A stretch of 64,000 nt of DNA from a virus (IMGVR_UViG_3300017917_001336:32001-96000); one strand, 5' to 3'; positions 39,590 through 50,246 are shown, numbered from the stretch's first letter. Notes: generated by a model from the letters alone, not told the origin. Made by a program: numbers and translations.

Positions 39590-41806
39590 ATGGACGCAAA
39601 TTTAGATAAAATCGCCAAAGATTTATATGGCAAAATACAGACCCGCTTTCGTAACATTAAAATTGGGGACGAAAACGCCGAAGTCTTGAGTAAAAAAGCA
39701 GACATTCCTAACGCTCGTTTCTTTGAATTTGAATACGAAGAAAACGGTGAACCGTTAGGAACTATTGCTATTACTTTAGATGCCGAAGACGGAATTGTAG
39801 TGCAAGTTAGCGGCGACCTAGTTAACGATGATGATACTACTACTCACCACGGAGCATATCAATTTATTCGCGGTTTTAGACAATTTGCTAAAGATAGATT
39901 ACTAAACTTTGATGTGCAAAATATTGGTAAAAGTAATTTAGATAAAAGAGATTATGAGTTTCAAGCGAAACGCAAGGAAGAACCTGTCATGCAACAACCA
40001 GCGATAATGGAAAATAAACTATACGGTAATGCTAGAATGAGCTATCAAGATTTAGGCGAAGCACGTTTAATTATTAAACACAGCCAACCTATCAACTTAG
40101 ATTTACCAGCAGGCCGAACAATGCATATTGAAAGCATTTACATTGAAAATGCTGAAGGTGAAAGATTCAAGTATCCGTACAAACATATCAATGGTGCTCG
40201 CGCATTAGCAGAACACATTAAGCATGGCGGTAATCCTTACGATGCAATTGGCAAACACATTTGTAACCTAAGCGAAGAACTTGCAAGCCTGAGAAAGTTT
40301 AAAGGATATGTTAGCCGTCAAGAACAGTTAAGCGAGGCAATGGCTAATGTAACATCTCGTGTTGTTGAACGTATTGAAGAAATCAAAGAAACAATCTCTA
40401 AATTACAAAGACCAGCTTACTACGAATCATTTGTAGAATCTTTTGAAGCACAAGAAGAACAAATGATTCCTGAAGAAGTACAAAATGATCTAATTGACCG
40501 TTTAACTATTCGCACGTTTAATGAAGAATTAAAATCTGTATTCCCATACATTTACAAATTTGTTGACGAATCAGAATTGCCAATTATTGAAGTAGGTGTT
40601 GAAGATATCCTAGGCGAAGAAAGCAAGACAGAATACTGCGATGCTTGTGATCGTCCAGAAAAAGACTGTGTATGCGATGATCATACTCGCAAGACAGACG
40701 AATCTTTAGATCCAGAGACAGCATTTGAATCATTTATGGACGATATTGTTCGTGAAGACAAGGACGAGTTACTAAGTCCTAACCCTGATGCACAAGCGGT
40801 GGCTATTAAAAAATTAAATGATTTATTAGCACAAAATATACAAATCGGTGTTAACGGTATGAATGCTATAGGTTCTCTAAAAGGAATCATAGATGATCCA
40901 AAATTTATTGATTTGTTGCAAACTGCTCCAGCTGAAACAGATCTAAATGATTTAGTACAAGGTTGGGTTGAAACTAATCACGAAGACCTATTACCTAAAT
41001 TAACATTTCCAGAGGGAGAAGAACCAGCACCAACACCTCAGCCAACTGTTACAGCAAATCAGGCTCCTGCTACTGAACCTCCTCCTGCAGCCGCAGAACC
41101 AACAACTGAGCCTACACTAGAACCTAGTGCAACAACTCCAACTGAACCAGCTCCAGTAGCAGAAGGTAAGAAAGATAAAGAAGAGGATAATGATCCTCCG
41201 TTTGATCCAGATCCTAAACCACACGGAAAAACAACTCCAGGTAAACATGGTCAGGGTTATTCACAAGCACGTCATTTAGCACGTCAAGGAATGGCCGCTG
41301 CTATGAAGAAAGCAGTCAAAGCAGGTGCAACTTTAGAAACAGCATTAGACTTTGGTTACGGTGTTAAAACTATCCAAGAAATTTTAGACGAATGCGGAAT
41401 GACTCCAGCAGATGTTGGATTTGATTCTCCACAGGAACAAGGCTTGCCAGGTATGCTAAAATACATTAGTGGTTTCTATAATAAAGAAGAAGGCAACTTC
41501 CCACTCGGCGGTATGCGTGTTAAAATTAAAGTTAAGAAAGCATTTGAAGATGGTGAGTTTGGCAGCGCAAGCCCAGAAGATCTAGCTAAAGTTATTCATT
41601 TTATTGATAAGAAAGATCCAAGCGGTGATGAACAACAAAGTATGTTAAAACTAGCAGGTGTCAAACATGATCATAACAAAGGTGTTCCAAAGTTTGACGA
41701 TCATATTGACGAGATTATGGCTGAACTAATAGAGACTAAGGAAACATCAAAGGGTTATACCGAAGATGAAACATTAGCTCGAATCATTGGATTAGCTAGA
41801 GGATAA
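39590..41806 (+). CDS. Large acidic hypothetical protein, probably prohead core/internal
   Basis: Acidic, Pro/Glu/Thr linker, MLKLAGV and LARIIGLARG motifs; TAAATA 4 nt above the ATG. Confidence 0.55.
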   Translation: MDANLDKIAKDLYGKIQTRFRNIKIGDENAEVLSKKADIPNARFFEFEYEENGEPLGTIAITLDAEDGIVVQVSGDLVNDDDTTTHHGAYQFIRGFRQFAKDRLLNFDVQNIGKSNLDKRDYEFQAKRKEEPVMQQPAIMENKLYGNARMSYQDLGEARLIIKHSQPINLDLPAGRTMHIESIYIENAEGERFKYPYKHINGARALAEHIKHGGNPYDAIGKHICNLSEELASLRKFKGYVSRQEQLSEAMANVTSRVVERIEEIKETISKLQRPAYYESFVESFEAQEEQMIPEEVQNDLIDRLTIRTFNEELKSVFPYIYKFVDESELPIIEVGVEDILGEESKTEYCDACDRPEKDCVCDDHTRKTDESLDPETAFESFMDDIVREDKDELLSPNPDAQAVAIKKLNDLLAQNIQIGVNGMNAIGSLKGIIDDPKFIDLLQTAPAETDLNDLVQGWVETNHEDLLPKLTFPEGEEPAPTPQPTVTANQAPATEPPPAAAEPTTEPTLEPSATTPTEPAPVAEGKKDKEEDNDPPFDPDPKPHGKTTPGKHGQGYSQARHLARQGMAAAMKKAVKAGATLETALDFGYGVKTIQEILDECGMTPADVGFDSPQEQGLPGMLKYISGFYNKEEGNFPLGGMRVKIKVKKAFEDGEFGSASPEDLAKVIHFIDKKDPSGDEQQSMLKLAGVKHDHNKGVPKFDDHIDEIMAELIETKETSKGYTEDETLARIIGLARG

Positions 41807-41843
41807 TTGGCTTAAAAATACCAGATTTACGGCAAGATTTCTC

Positions 41844-41872
41844 TTGCTATACTAAATAAAAGTGCGTACAAT
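41844..41872 (+). promoter_or_regulatory. Sigma70-type promoter (plus embedded TAAATA) upstream of the SSB gene
   Basis: TTGCTA-17nt-TACAAT; TAAATA at 41853-41858. Confidence 0.6.
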
Positions 41873-41950
41873 AACATGTATGCACTTTTTGTTTATGTAA
41901 GTTCATAAACACTATAAGGCAAAACAAAGGCATATTAAAGGAGAAATATT

Positions 41951-42943
41951 ATGGCATCTTTGGCTGAAATTCGAGCAAAACTAAAAGCAGCTGAGCAACG
42001 TGGCTCAGACAACAATTCTAGAACCGGTGGAGACAATTCCATTTATGCGTTTTGGAACTTGAAAGAAGGTGATGAATCTGTTCTAAGATTCCTTCCAGAT
42101 GGAAACACCGATAACACTTTTTTCTGGGTAGAACGTGCAATGATTAAATTGCCATTCGCTGGAATTAAAGGTGAAGCAGAAAGCAAACAAGTAACTGTCC
42201 AAGTACCTTGCATGGAAATGTACGGTGATACTTGCCCAATTCTAACTGAAGTCCGTCCTTGGTTTAAGGATCCTGCATTAGAAGATATGGGTCGTAAATA
42301 CTGGAAGAAACGCAGTTACATTTTCCAAGGCTTTGTCGTCGAAGACGGCTTAAAGGAAAAAGAAACTCCAGAAAATCCAATTCGTCGTTTCATTATTGGT
42401 CCACAAATTTTCCAACTAATTCGTTCAGCACTAGTTGATCCTGAGTTGGATGAATTGCCAACAGACTTTATTAAAGGTCTAGACTTCCGTATGAAGAAAG
42501 GTAGCAAAGGCGGTTACGCTGACTACTCAACTTCTTCATGGGCACGTCGTGAACGTCCTCTAAGTGACGATGAACAAGCAGCTATTAAGGCACACGGCTT
42601 GTTTAATTTGTCCGACTTTTTACCTAAGAAACCAACTGATGTTGAACTTAAGGTAATGAAGGAGATGTTTGAAGCATCTGTTGACGGTGAAGCATATGAT
42701 ATGGAACGCTGGGGTCAGTATTTCAAACCAGCTGGCATGAGCCAAAACACTGGTGATCCTAACAAATCAACCACATCAACTCCTAAAGCATCTGCATCAG
42801 CAGATGACTATGATGACGAACCTGCTCCAGTAGCTAAGGCAGCACCTGCCCCTGCTCCAAAAGCAGAATCACAAGATGCAGGTAGTGGCGATAGCCGTGC
42901 CCAAGACATCTTGGCGATGATTCGTAATCGTCAAAAGCAGTAA
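41951..42943 (+). CDS. Single-stranded DNA-binding protein (gp32-like)
   Basis: LRFLPD, CMEMYGDTCPI, YWKKRSY, YADYSTS, acidic tail; AAGGAG RBS. Confidence 0.85.
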   Translation: MASLAEIRAKLKAAEQRGSDNNSRTGGDNSIYAFWNLKEGDESVLRFLPDGNTDNTFFWVERAMIKLPFAGIKGEAESKQVTVQVPCMEMYGDTCPILTEVRPWFKDPALEDMGRKYWKKRSYIFQGFVVEDGLKEKETPENPIRRFIIGPQIFQLIRSALVDPELDELPTDFIKGLDFRMKKGSKGGYADYSTSSWARRERPLSDDEQAAIKAHGLFNLSDFLPKKPTDVELKVMKEMFEASVDGEAYDMERWGQYFKPAGMSQNTGDPNKSTTSTPKASASADDYDDEPAPVAKAAPAPAPKAESQDAGSGDSRAQDILAMIRNRQKQ

Positions 42944-42996
42944 TTATATAACGCTCGGGTTTGCGCCCGAGCCTTCACTATTTTAGGAGAATAACT

Positions 42997-43188
42997 ATGG
43001 CAAAATTAACAAAGCTAGCAAAGGTTAACGAGTCAATTACTATCAATCGTTATGATAACGCATGGATGGTTGAGATTGGCGGTCGTGACAAGAAGGAAGA
43101 TTGGAAAAACACCAAGACAGTATGTAATACTGAACAAGAACTGCTCGATGTAATTAAAGAGTGGAATACTATGGAGTTAGACACATAA
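42997..43188 (+). CDS. Hypothetical protein
   Basis: AGGAG RBS before ATG 42997; TAATG overlap with the recombinase gene. Confidence 0.7.
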   Translation: MAKLTKLAKVNESITINRYDNAWMVEIGGRDKKEDWKNTKTVCNTEQELLDVIKEWNTMELDT

Positions 43189-44252
43189 TGGCCACTAAAG
43201 CATTTGATTTATCAAAATTTCGTAAAACACTAACTAAGTCTATTGATGGACTTAGCGTAGGTTTTACAGACCCAACTGATTGGGTTAGTACAGGCAATTA
43301 TGCCTTAAATTATCTTATTAGTGGAGATTTTAATAAAGGAATCCCATTAGGTAAGGTTACTGTGTTTGCAGGTGAATCTGGTGCAGGTAAATCTTACATT
43401 TGTTCTGGTAACATTGTAAGAAATGCACAACAACAAGGCATCTATGTTGTATTAATTGACAGCGAAAATGCGCTTGATGAAGAATGGTTAAAGGCACTTG
43501 GTGTTGATACTAGCGAAGACAAGCTTCTTAAGCTAAACATGGCTATGATCGATGATGTTGCTAAGACTATCAATGAATTCATCAAAGAATACAAAGAAAT
43601 GCCCGAGGAGTCACGTCCAAAAGTATTATTTGTTGTTGATTCTTTAGGTATGTTGTTAACCCCAACTGATGTAAATCAGTTTGAGGCAGGAGATCTAAAA
43701 GGTGACATGGGTAGAAAGCCAAAAGCACTTACGGCGCTTGTTCGTAACTGTGTTAATATGTTTGGTAGTCTCAATATTGGCTTGGTGGCAACAAATCATA
43801 CATACGCAAGCCAAGATATGTTCGATCCTGATGACAAAATCAGCGGAGGACAAGGATTCATTTACGCATCTTCTATCGTGGTTGCCATGAAAAAGCTAAA
43901 ACTTAAAGAAGACGAAGACGGTAACAAAGTTTCAGAAGTTAACGGTATTCGTGCCGCATGTAAAATCATGAAAACACGTTATGCTAAACCTTTTGAAGGC
44001 GTCCAAGTTAAGATTCCTTATGAAACAGGTATGAATCCTTACTCAGGTGTTGTTGACTTGTTTGAAAAAGAAGGATTACTCAAGCAAGAAGGTAACAGAC
44101 TTAAATGGGTCGATCCAGAAACTGGAGAAGAATTCAAATTCTATCGAAAAGAGTGGAAAGATGATAAATTAGATATGATAATGGAGAAATTCAATATCAG
44201 AGCTGAAACAAAAACTACCATTCCTGAGGAGATAGACGAGAATGTTGAATGA
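43188..44252 (+). CDS. uvsX: RecA/UvsX recombinase
   Basis: STGNYALN.LISG, GESGAGKS, IDSENALD, VVDSLG, NHTY, SGGQG..YASS. Confidence 0.93.
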   Translation: MATKAFDLSKFRKTLTKSIDGLSVGFTDPTDWVSTGNYALNYLISGDFNKGIPLGKVTVFAGESGAGKSYICSGNIVRNAQQQGIYVVLIDSENALDEEWLKALGVDTSEDKLLKLNMAMIDDVAKTINEFIKEYKEMPEESRPKVLFVVDSLGMLLTPTDVNQFEAGDLKGDMGRKPKALTALVRNCVNMFGSLNIGLVATNHTYASQDMFDPDDKISGGQGFIYASSIVVAMKKLKLKEDEDGNKVSEVNGIRAACKIMKTRYAKPFEGVQVKIPYETGMNPYSGVVDLFEKEGLLKQEGNRLKWVDPETGEEFKFYRKEWKDDKLDMIMEKFNIRAETKTTIPEEIDENVE

Positions 44253-44475
44253 AACACAAATTGGTGATATCTGGTTGCTTTTTGCAGACTATATCGATAA
44301 AAAGCAAATAGAACAAGCCGCTGAAAGGTATGTGGATTTACTAGCAGATTACGGTGTTAGTGATCGTATTATGCAAAGTGCAACAGGAATTGATGAAAAT
44401 CTTGATGCCGCTATTGAATACTACCTTGACGAGCCCGATGAAGACGATGAAGATTACAAGGAATTGGATTTCTAA
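44242..44475 (+). CDS. Hypothetical acidic protein
   Basis: Overlapping starts/stops within the recombination operon. Confidence 0.65.
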   Translation: MLNETQIGDIWLLFADYIDKKQIEQAAERYVDLLADYGVSDRIMQSATGIDENLDAAIEYYLDEPDEDDEDYKELDF

Positions 44476-44930
44476 TGAGTTGGTACGCTAAAGTTTCAAA
44501 AGACATTTCGTACATACCGGATGCAGTTGAGTATTTTAACGCTGAACTGCAAGATGCTAGGTCTGAATGCCGAATTACTGGCAATGTAGAAAAAGCTGCG
44601 GCAAATATGCCTGGTATCGTAGAACAACGATTTGGTCAGCTTCAAGAAATTGAGGCAATTTTGGAATATTTAAATATTGAGCTCCGTCGTTTAAAGAGCC
44701 AACACTTTCGCAAGTACTTAGAAAACTACCAACGTGCTCTAAGTTCAAGAGATTGTGAAAAATTTGTTGAAGGTGAGGCAGATGTTGTTGACTTTGAAAA
44801 AATTATCAACGAATTTGCCTTACTACGCAACAAATGGCTTGGAATCACAAAAGCATTAGATCAAAAACAGTGGCAACTTACAAATATTGTAAAATTGCGT
44901 GTTGCAGGTATGGAAGATGCAACGTTATAA
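44475..44930 (+). CDS. uvsY: UvsY-like recombination mediator
   Basis: Helical protein near uvsX; KALDQKQWQLTNIVKLR C-terminus. Confidence 0.7.
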   Translation: MSWYAKVSKDISYIPDAVEYFNAELQDARSECRITGNVEKAAANMPGIVEQRFGQLQEIEAILEYLNIELRRLKSQHFRKYLENYQRALSSRDCEKFVEGEADVVDFEKIINEFALLRNKWLGITKALDQKQWQLTNIVKLRVAGMEDATL

Positions 44931-44953
44931 CTAATTTGTCCAAACTTAACCAC

Positions 44954-44988
44954 ATAGGCCTTAAATATTTATGAGGCCTATTTTTTTT
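44954..44988 (+). terminator. Rho-independent terminator
   Basis: ATAGGCCT-12nt-AGGCCTAT followed by a T run. Confidence 0.75.
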
Positions 44989-44996
44989 ATAAAAGG

Positions 44997-45024
44997 TTGA
45001 CTTTTAGATTTCCGGTGTTATAAT
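44997..45024 (+). promoter_or_regulatory. Sigma70-type promoter, extended -10
   Basis: TTGACT-16nt-TATAAT with TGn; ATG 6 nt downstream. Confidence 0.7.
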
Positions 45025-45030
45025 AAAAAT

Positions 45031-46221
45031 ATGAAGACTATTGACCAATTATTATTGACTATTGTAAATGATACAAGCCCTACTATTGAAGAACAAATTG
45101 CTAGTAGAGATGCAAAAGTATTAAGAAGCCTTGCAACTGCAATTTCCAGTCAAAAATTTATAACTGAAAATCAATCAAAACTATTAATTAAAATTTTGTC
45201 AGAAAATTCTGAAAAAATCCAAAATTTTACAGATGAAATTTTAGTAACTATTTCAACACCGTCGTGGTCAAGAGTGTTTAGACAAATCGATCAAACAAAA
45301 AAATTATATATTTCTCAGTCAATTGACGGTGTTGACCTGTTAGTGGTAGAATTTGCATTTAATTCACAAGTTCGCAAACTTTTGTCAAATTTTTCCAAAA
45401 AAATCAGTGGTCTAGTTCAACACCATAACGGTAGAATTTATCATGCCGAGCTTACTGAAAGAAATATTGTTACATTGGTTGAGCTGTTAACACCACATAA
45501 TTTTGAAATTGAACAAAAAATCCAAGATTTTTACAAAACCATAAAATCTTGGTCAGAAAATGAGGTAAAAAATCAATTTTTAATTACCTCCATAACACAT
45601 CCAAATTTTCAAAAACACATAACAGAAGATTTGGGATTAGAAACTGAAATTGATAAAAACATTATTAATGACAGACGAGTAAGATATCAATATTTTGTTG
45701 AAGATATCAAAAAAACACCAGAAAATTTGACTGAAATTATTGCAAATCGAAAAAGTACAAAACTATGGATTGATCAAACCACTTGCGATCTTTCAGATGT
45801 TATTGCTAGTTTGATTTTCTTAAAAAGACTACCAATTCTTTTTATATTTGACACATATGACACTAAAGGGTGTGTTGAAAATTTGAAAATTTTGTCAAAA
45901 TCTTTGAAAAAAAATGAAATTTTTGACCAAGTAGGAATTTACTTTAGATTACCTAATTCAGAGACCGGTATAGAATTTAATAAATTTATTGCAGACAATC
46001 AATACAACTGCCAACTAGATCAAGACACAAAAATAGTGGCGGTGCAAAATGGAAAAATACCAAAATTTTTCCTAAAAACTGACTGGAAACCAATGAGCGT
46101 TATTGCAATTGGTAATTCATTAAAACAGACAAAAACAGCCGTCTATGCTAACATGTGTGACTTAATTATTTCATACACTACACAACAACCAATTATAGAG
46201 ACAAGAACGCTATGGGAGTAA
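45031..46221 (+). CDS. Hypothetical protein upstream of UvsW
   Basis: 396 aa, very AT-rich ORF coupled to the helicase gene. Confidence 0.7.
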   Translation: MKTIDQLLLTIVNDTSPTIEEQIASRDAKVLRSLATAISSQKFITENQSKLLIKILSENSEKIQNFTDEILVTISTPSWSRVFRQIDQTKKLYISQSIDGVDLLVVEFAFNSQVRKLLSNFSKKISGLVQHHNGRIYHAELTERNIVTLVELLTPHNFEIEQKIQDFYKTIKSWSENEVKNQFLITSITHPNFQKHITEDLGLETEIDKNIINDRRVRYQYFVEDIKKTPENLTEIIANRKSTKLWIDQTTCDLSDVIASLIFLKRLPILFIFDTYDTKGCVENLKILSKSLKKNEIFDQVGIYFRLPNSETGIEFNKFIADNQYNCQLDQDTKIVAVQNGKIPKFFLKTDWKPMSVIAIGNSLKQTKTAVYANMCDLIISYTTQQPIIETRTLWE

Positions 46222-47678
46222 AATTAGTCATAAAAGACGAGGTCAATATCAAATTTGAGAATCTTGCATTAGACGCTCGCAAGAAATTAGCCAACACCTT
46301 TAAATATGAGATTCCATACGCTAGATACCATCCGGCATTTAAATTAGGTCGATGGGATGGCATGGTTAGTTTGTTTGGATTAGGCGGTAATGGATACCTA
46401 AGTCAATTAGAAACTATATTAGACATACTTGGTAAAATGGGTGTTGAGATCGAAGAAGTAGAAGATCTAAGAACTACACAAAAAATATCCTTTATACCGG
46501 TTACAGAAACATACTGGGCGGATAAAGGCAAGGTCTGGCCAAAAGGGCATCCACAGGAGGGTCAGCCCATTATGCTTCGCGATTATCAAGTTGAAGCGAT
46601 TAATAAGTTTTTAGAAAATACGCAGGCATTACAAGAAATTGCAACCGGTGCCGGCAAGACAATTACTACTGCAACTCTGAGTCATCTTGCTGAAAAATAT
46701 GGTCGAACAATTACTATTGTTCCAAACAAATCACTAGTTGAACAAACTGAAGAAGATTTTCTAAATGTTGATTTAGATGTTGGTGTTTATTACGGAGATC
46801 GAAAAGATCTTAATAAAACTCATACAATATGTACTTGGCAAAGTCTCAACATTTTAGATAAAAAATCTAAAAATCATGAACAAGATATCGTTACTTTAGC
46901 AGAATTTTTAGATGGTGTAAAAACTGTAATTGTTGACGAGGTCCATATGGCTAAAGCTGAAGTTTTGAAAAATTTACTTACACAAAACTTATGTAACGCA
47001 GCAATTCGTTGGGGACTAACCGGAACAGTACCTAAAGAAAAATTTGAAAGCGAAAGTATTTTTGCCAGTATTGGTCCGGTAATTGGCGGTATTAAGGCGC
47101 ACGAACTACAAGAAAAAGGTGTGTTATCAAACTGCCATGTTAATGTAGTGCAAATGATAGATACCGTAGAATTTAGGAGTTATGCAGAAGAATTAAAGTA
47201 TCTTGTCACAGACGAAGATCGAATGATTTATATTAGTAAATTAATTAAGGGCATTAGTGAAACAGGCAATACGTTAGTGTTAGTTAATAGAATTGATTCA
47301 GGCAAATTTTTAATAAATGAAATCGAAGACGCTGTTTTTATTTCAGGCGAAGTAAAAACAACAGCAAGAAAGGAAGAATATGACGAAGTTAGGACCAGTA
47401 GCAACAAGATTATTGTGGCGACTTACGGTGTGGCCGCTGTGGGTATTAATATCCCTAGGATTTTTAATCTGGTTCTTTTGGAGCCCGGAAAGAGCTTTGT
47501 CCGCGTTATACAAAGTATTGGGCGAGGTATTAGAAAAGCCGAAGACAAAGACTTCGTTCAAATCTGGGACATTACCTCTACATGTAAGTACGCAAAGCGG
47601 CATCTTACGGAGAGGAAGAAATTTTATAAGGAAGCCAAATACCCGTTTACGTTAGAAAAAACGGATTGGTCTAAATAA
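46212..47678 (+). CDS. uvsW: UvsW-like SF2 helicase
   Basis: LRDYQ, ATGAGKT, VDEVH, GLTGT, AVGINIP, QSIGRGIR. Confidence 0.92.
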   Translation: MGVKLVIKDEVNIKFENLALDARKKLANTFKYEIPYARYHPAFKLGRWDGMVSLFGLGGNGYLSQLETILDILGKMGVEIEEVEDLRTTQKISFIPVTETYWADKGKVWPKGHPQEGQPIMLRDYQVEAINKFLENTQALQEIATGAGKTITTATLSHLAEKYGRTITIVPNKSLVEQTEEDFLNVDLDVGVYYGDRKDLNKTHTICTWQSLNILDKKSKNHEQDIVTLAEFLDGVKTVIVDEVHMAKAEVLKNLLTQNLCNAAIRWGLTGTVPKEKFESESIFASIGPVIGGIKAHELQEKGVLSNCHVNVVQMIDTVEFRSYAEELKYLVTDEDRMIYISKLIKGISETGNTLVLVNRIDSGKFLINEIEDAVFISGEVKTTARKEEYDEVRTSSNKIIVATYGVAAVGINIPRIFNLVLLEPGKSFVRVIQSIGRGIRKAEDKDFVQIWDITSTCKYAKRHLTERKKFYKEAKYPFTLEKTDWSK

Positions 47679-47684
47679 GGAATC

Positions 47685-48191
47685 ATGCAGATATTAACAT
47701 TAGAAAACAAAACATTTAGTTTAAACAATCTACCAGACGAAGTAGATGATAGTACAAGATTTGCTGTGCTAGATAATAGTTCACCAACCGAACCCGACTT
47801 CTTTTTTATGCCGTTAATATTTTTAGAATCATTTAATGCACCTGCAATGGTTTTAAGAATTGGAGAAGACGAAGTAACAATGCCAATTGATTGGTCAATA
47901 GCTGTTGGGGATAGTACAGCAGCAAGTGATATTGAAATTTTACCATTAACTAGTCTAAATGATAGGGGCTTTGAAGCATTAATTTTTAATCCATTAAGTT
48001 CATTTAGAGTGGAATTTAAAAAGATTGAAATTGTAAATTTTTACAACGATGTTAAATGGTATTTCCCTAAAATGAAGAATGGACAATTACTAGCAGTCCC
48101 TACTACATTCGGCGATAAACCTAGCTGCGCATACTTTGTTAAAGAAATTAGTAGACAAAGTGAAATAATTCATCTGGATAAAATATTATGA
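47685..48191 (+). CDS. Hypothetical all-beta protein
   Basis: AAGGA RBS, 168 aa. Confidence 0.7.
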   Translation: MQILTLENKTFSLNNLPDEVDDSTRFAVLDNSSPTEPDFFFMPLIFLESFNAPAMVLRIGEDEVTMPIDWSIAVGDSTAASDIEILPLTSLNDRGFEALIFNPLSSFRVEFKKIEIVNFYNDVKWYFPKMKNGQLLAVPTTFGDKPSCAYFVKEISRQSEIIHLDKIL

Positions 48192-48832
48192 CATTAAGAG
48201 TTGCATACTTTCAACCCACAGTATTAGCCATTGACGATATACCGCCAATGGAATTTAGTAAGATCTATAATCTTGCTGAATCATTACACGGACACCCCGA
48301 ACTTAACGATAGCGGAAATCCTATGATTAGCATTAGAGGTGGTCAACAGATACATGTATATCCTAATCAGTTAGGGCTTGATGTTACATGGCTAGTTAAA
48401 TGGTTAGAAACTATCTGTCAAGGGTATTTAGAACTAATTTCTGCACAATCAGGCACCGAAGAATTAAAATATTGTCAACCAAAAATTGTAAGTATATGGA
48501 CTATTAGACAGTTTGAAGGTGATTATCAAGAAATGCATAGTCATCCAGGCGGGCACCTTAGCGGAAACATGTACATTAGTTCTCCAGAGTTAGCACCCGG
48601 TAGTAGTTCGAGTGATAGTCAAATTTTATTTCGATTGCCTGTAACTAAGGATATTACTAAATTTGTAATGAATGATACTTGGAAATATAATCCAACACCG
48701 GGTACTGTTATTTTGTTTCCAAGCACATTACCTCACACAGTTTATCCATGGAAGGGAACTGGACATAGAACTGTCATGGCATTTGATGCTGTATTAGAAC
48801 CAAAAAAGGATCTTCAAGATGGGAACTCTTAA
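48188..48832 (+). CDS. Putative 2OG-Fe(II) oxygenase (TIGR02466-like, HxH type)
   Basis: SIW..RQFEGDYQEMHSH...LSG.MY...PGTVILFPSTLPHTVYP..GHR. Confidence 0.8.
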   Translation: MTLRVAYFQPTVLAIDDIPPMEFSKIYNLAESLHGHPELNDSGNPMISIRGGQQIHVYPNQLGLDVTWLVKWLETICQGYLELISAQSGTEELKYCQPKIVSIWTIRQFEGDYQEMHSHPGGHLSGNMYISSPELAPGSSSSDSQILFRLPVTKDITKFVMNDTWKYNPTPGTVILFPSTLPHTVYPWKGTGHRTVMAFDAVLEPKKDLQDGNS

Positions 48833-49085
48833 ACCTGGAGCCACTTATATTTACGAGCGTGACAAAGGTGTTGTTTATGCTAGAGAAGTTGGGGCAGATC
48901 CTAGCACTAAAAAAGCAATTGGTTGGGACCACGACTCTAACATTTACAAATCGATGTCAGATAACTATCATAATTCGATACTTTGGAAAAATATTTTTGA
49001 AGAAGCAAAAACCAATCACACTTTACAACAAGCAATTGAACGTGTTATAATATTATATAAATTGAGTGTATCTAAGTATGAGTGA
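48819..49085 (+). CDS. Hypothetical protein
   Basis: LKPGATYIYER..G.VYARE; overlaps neighbours. Confidence 0.65.
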   Translation: MGTLKPGATYIYERDKGVVYAREVGADPSTKKAIGWDHDSNIYKSMSDNYHNSILWKNIFEEAKTNHTLQQAIERVIILYKLSVSKYE

Positions 49086-49554
49086 AAAAGTTGAACTAAA
49101 AGAGAAGTTACAAGCAGTTGATCAAAACGTCCGAGAACTATGGGATGCGATGGATGCTGAACAGCAAAAAGCTCTTAAGAACGAATTTTTTATTCTTAAT
49201 CGGTATATTAGTAATGTCCAAGGACAAAAAAGAGAAATACAAGAACATTTTGTTTTAACAGTCAACGAATATTTTAACAAGCATTGGAACTTACTGCAAA
49301 AACATCCTAAACTTATGTGGATGTTGTTGTGTATGTGTAATTACAACGGACAAACATTTTTCCATCAGTGGATTGGTAACAAAAAGAAAGACAGCACCAA
49401 CAATAAAAAAACTAAATTTTTGTTAGAAATATATCCTAATAAAAAATCTGATGAGATTGAATTGCTTAGTATAATGACTACTGATAAGGAAATAAAAGAC
49501 CTTGCAAAACGCCACGGATTTGATGATGCAACTATCGCAAAAAAGTTTAAATGA
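49078..49554 (+). CDS. Possible clamp-loader small subunit (gp62-like)
   Basis: FILNRYIS...VNE...HQWI..KKK pattern and size, located in the replication module. Confidence 0.45.
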   Translation: MSEKVELKEKLQAVDQNVRELWDAMDAEQQKALKNEFFILNRYISNVQGQKREIQEHFVLTVNEYFNKHWNLLQKHPKLMWMLLCMCNYNGQTFFHQWIGNKKKDSTNNKKTKFLLEIYPNKKSDEIELLSIMTTDKEIKDLAKRHGFDDATIAKKFK

Positions 49555-50246
49555 TGTCTTTAATTGATTCTCAAGCATATACCTGCCAGTATTGCGGACA
49601 TAAATTTTCAAAAGAAAAAACATTAGCAGTACATGTCTGCGAGCAAAAACGTAGGGCGTTAGCTAAAACAGAAAGACATGTTGTTCTTGGGTTTGACACA
49701 TACAATAAATTTTTTAGAATGTCTCAAAATTCAAAGCACGATAAAACATACGAAGAATTTGCAAAAAGTCCATACTATAATGCTTTTGTAAAATTTGGCA
49801 GTTTTGTAAGCAATGTTAATCCGTTATATCCAGATAAGTTTATTCATTATGTAGTCACAAGTGGTGTTAAGTTAGACCATTGGTGTAGAGACGAACTTTA
49901 TGAGAAGTATGTGTTAGATCTTATTAAAACAGAAAATGTTGAAACTGCATTAGAACGCAGCATTAGACATATGATGGACTGGGCAGACAATAATCAAGCA
50001 CAATGGAATCATTACTTTTTATATGTTAGTCTTAACAGAGCAACGTACGATATTAAGGACGGAAAAGTTAGTCCTTGGGTAATACTAAACTCTAAAAACG
50101 GCAAAGAAATGTTACAAAAACTCAGTGATGAACAGCTGGCGGCAATAAGTAATATTATAGATTTACAATTTTGGCTTAATAAATTTAAGAAACTGCCAGC
50201 TGATACAGAATTAGTGCGGCAAGTAGTTAAGGAATCAAACATATGA
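49551..50246 (+). CDS. Hypothetical protein with N-terminal Zn finger
   Basis: YTCQYCGHKFSKEKTLAVHVC. Confidence 0.7.
   Translation: MMSLIDSQAYTCQYCGHKFSKEKTLAVHVCEQKRRALAKTERHVVLGFDTYNKFFRMSQNSKHDKTYEEFAKSPYYNAFVKFGSFVSNVNPLYPDKFIHYVVTSGVKLDHWCRDELYEKYVLDLIKTENVETALERSIRHMMDWADNNQAQWNHYFLYVSLNRATYDIKDGKVSPWVILNSKNGKEMLQKLSDEQLAAISNIIDLQFWLNKFKKLPADTELVRQVVKESNI

Noticed and set aside
42953-42972. GCTCGGG/CCCGAGC hairpin after the SSB gene as a terminator
   Set aside because: Strong stem but no proper U tract; it may be a stability or partial-termination hairpin, so it was not called.
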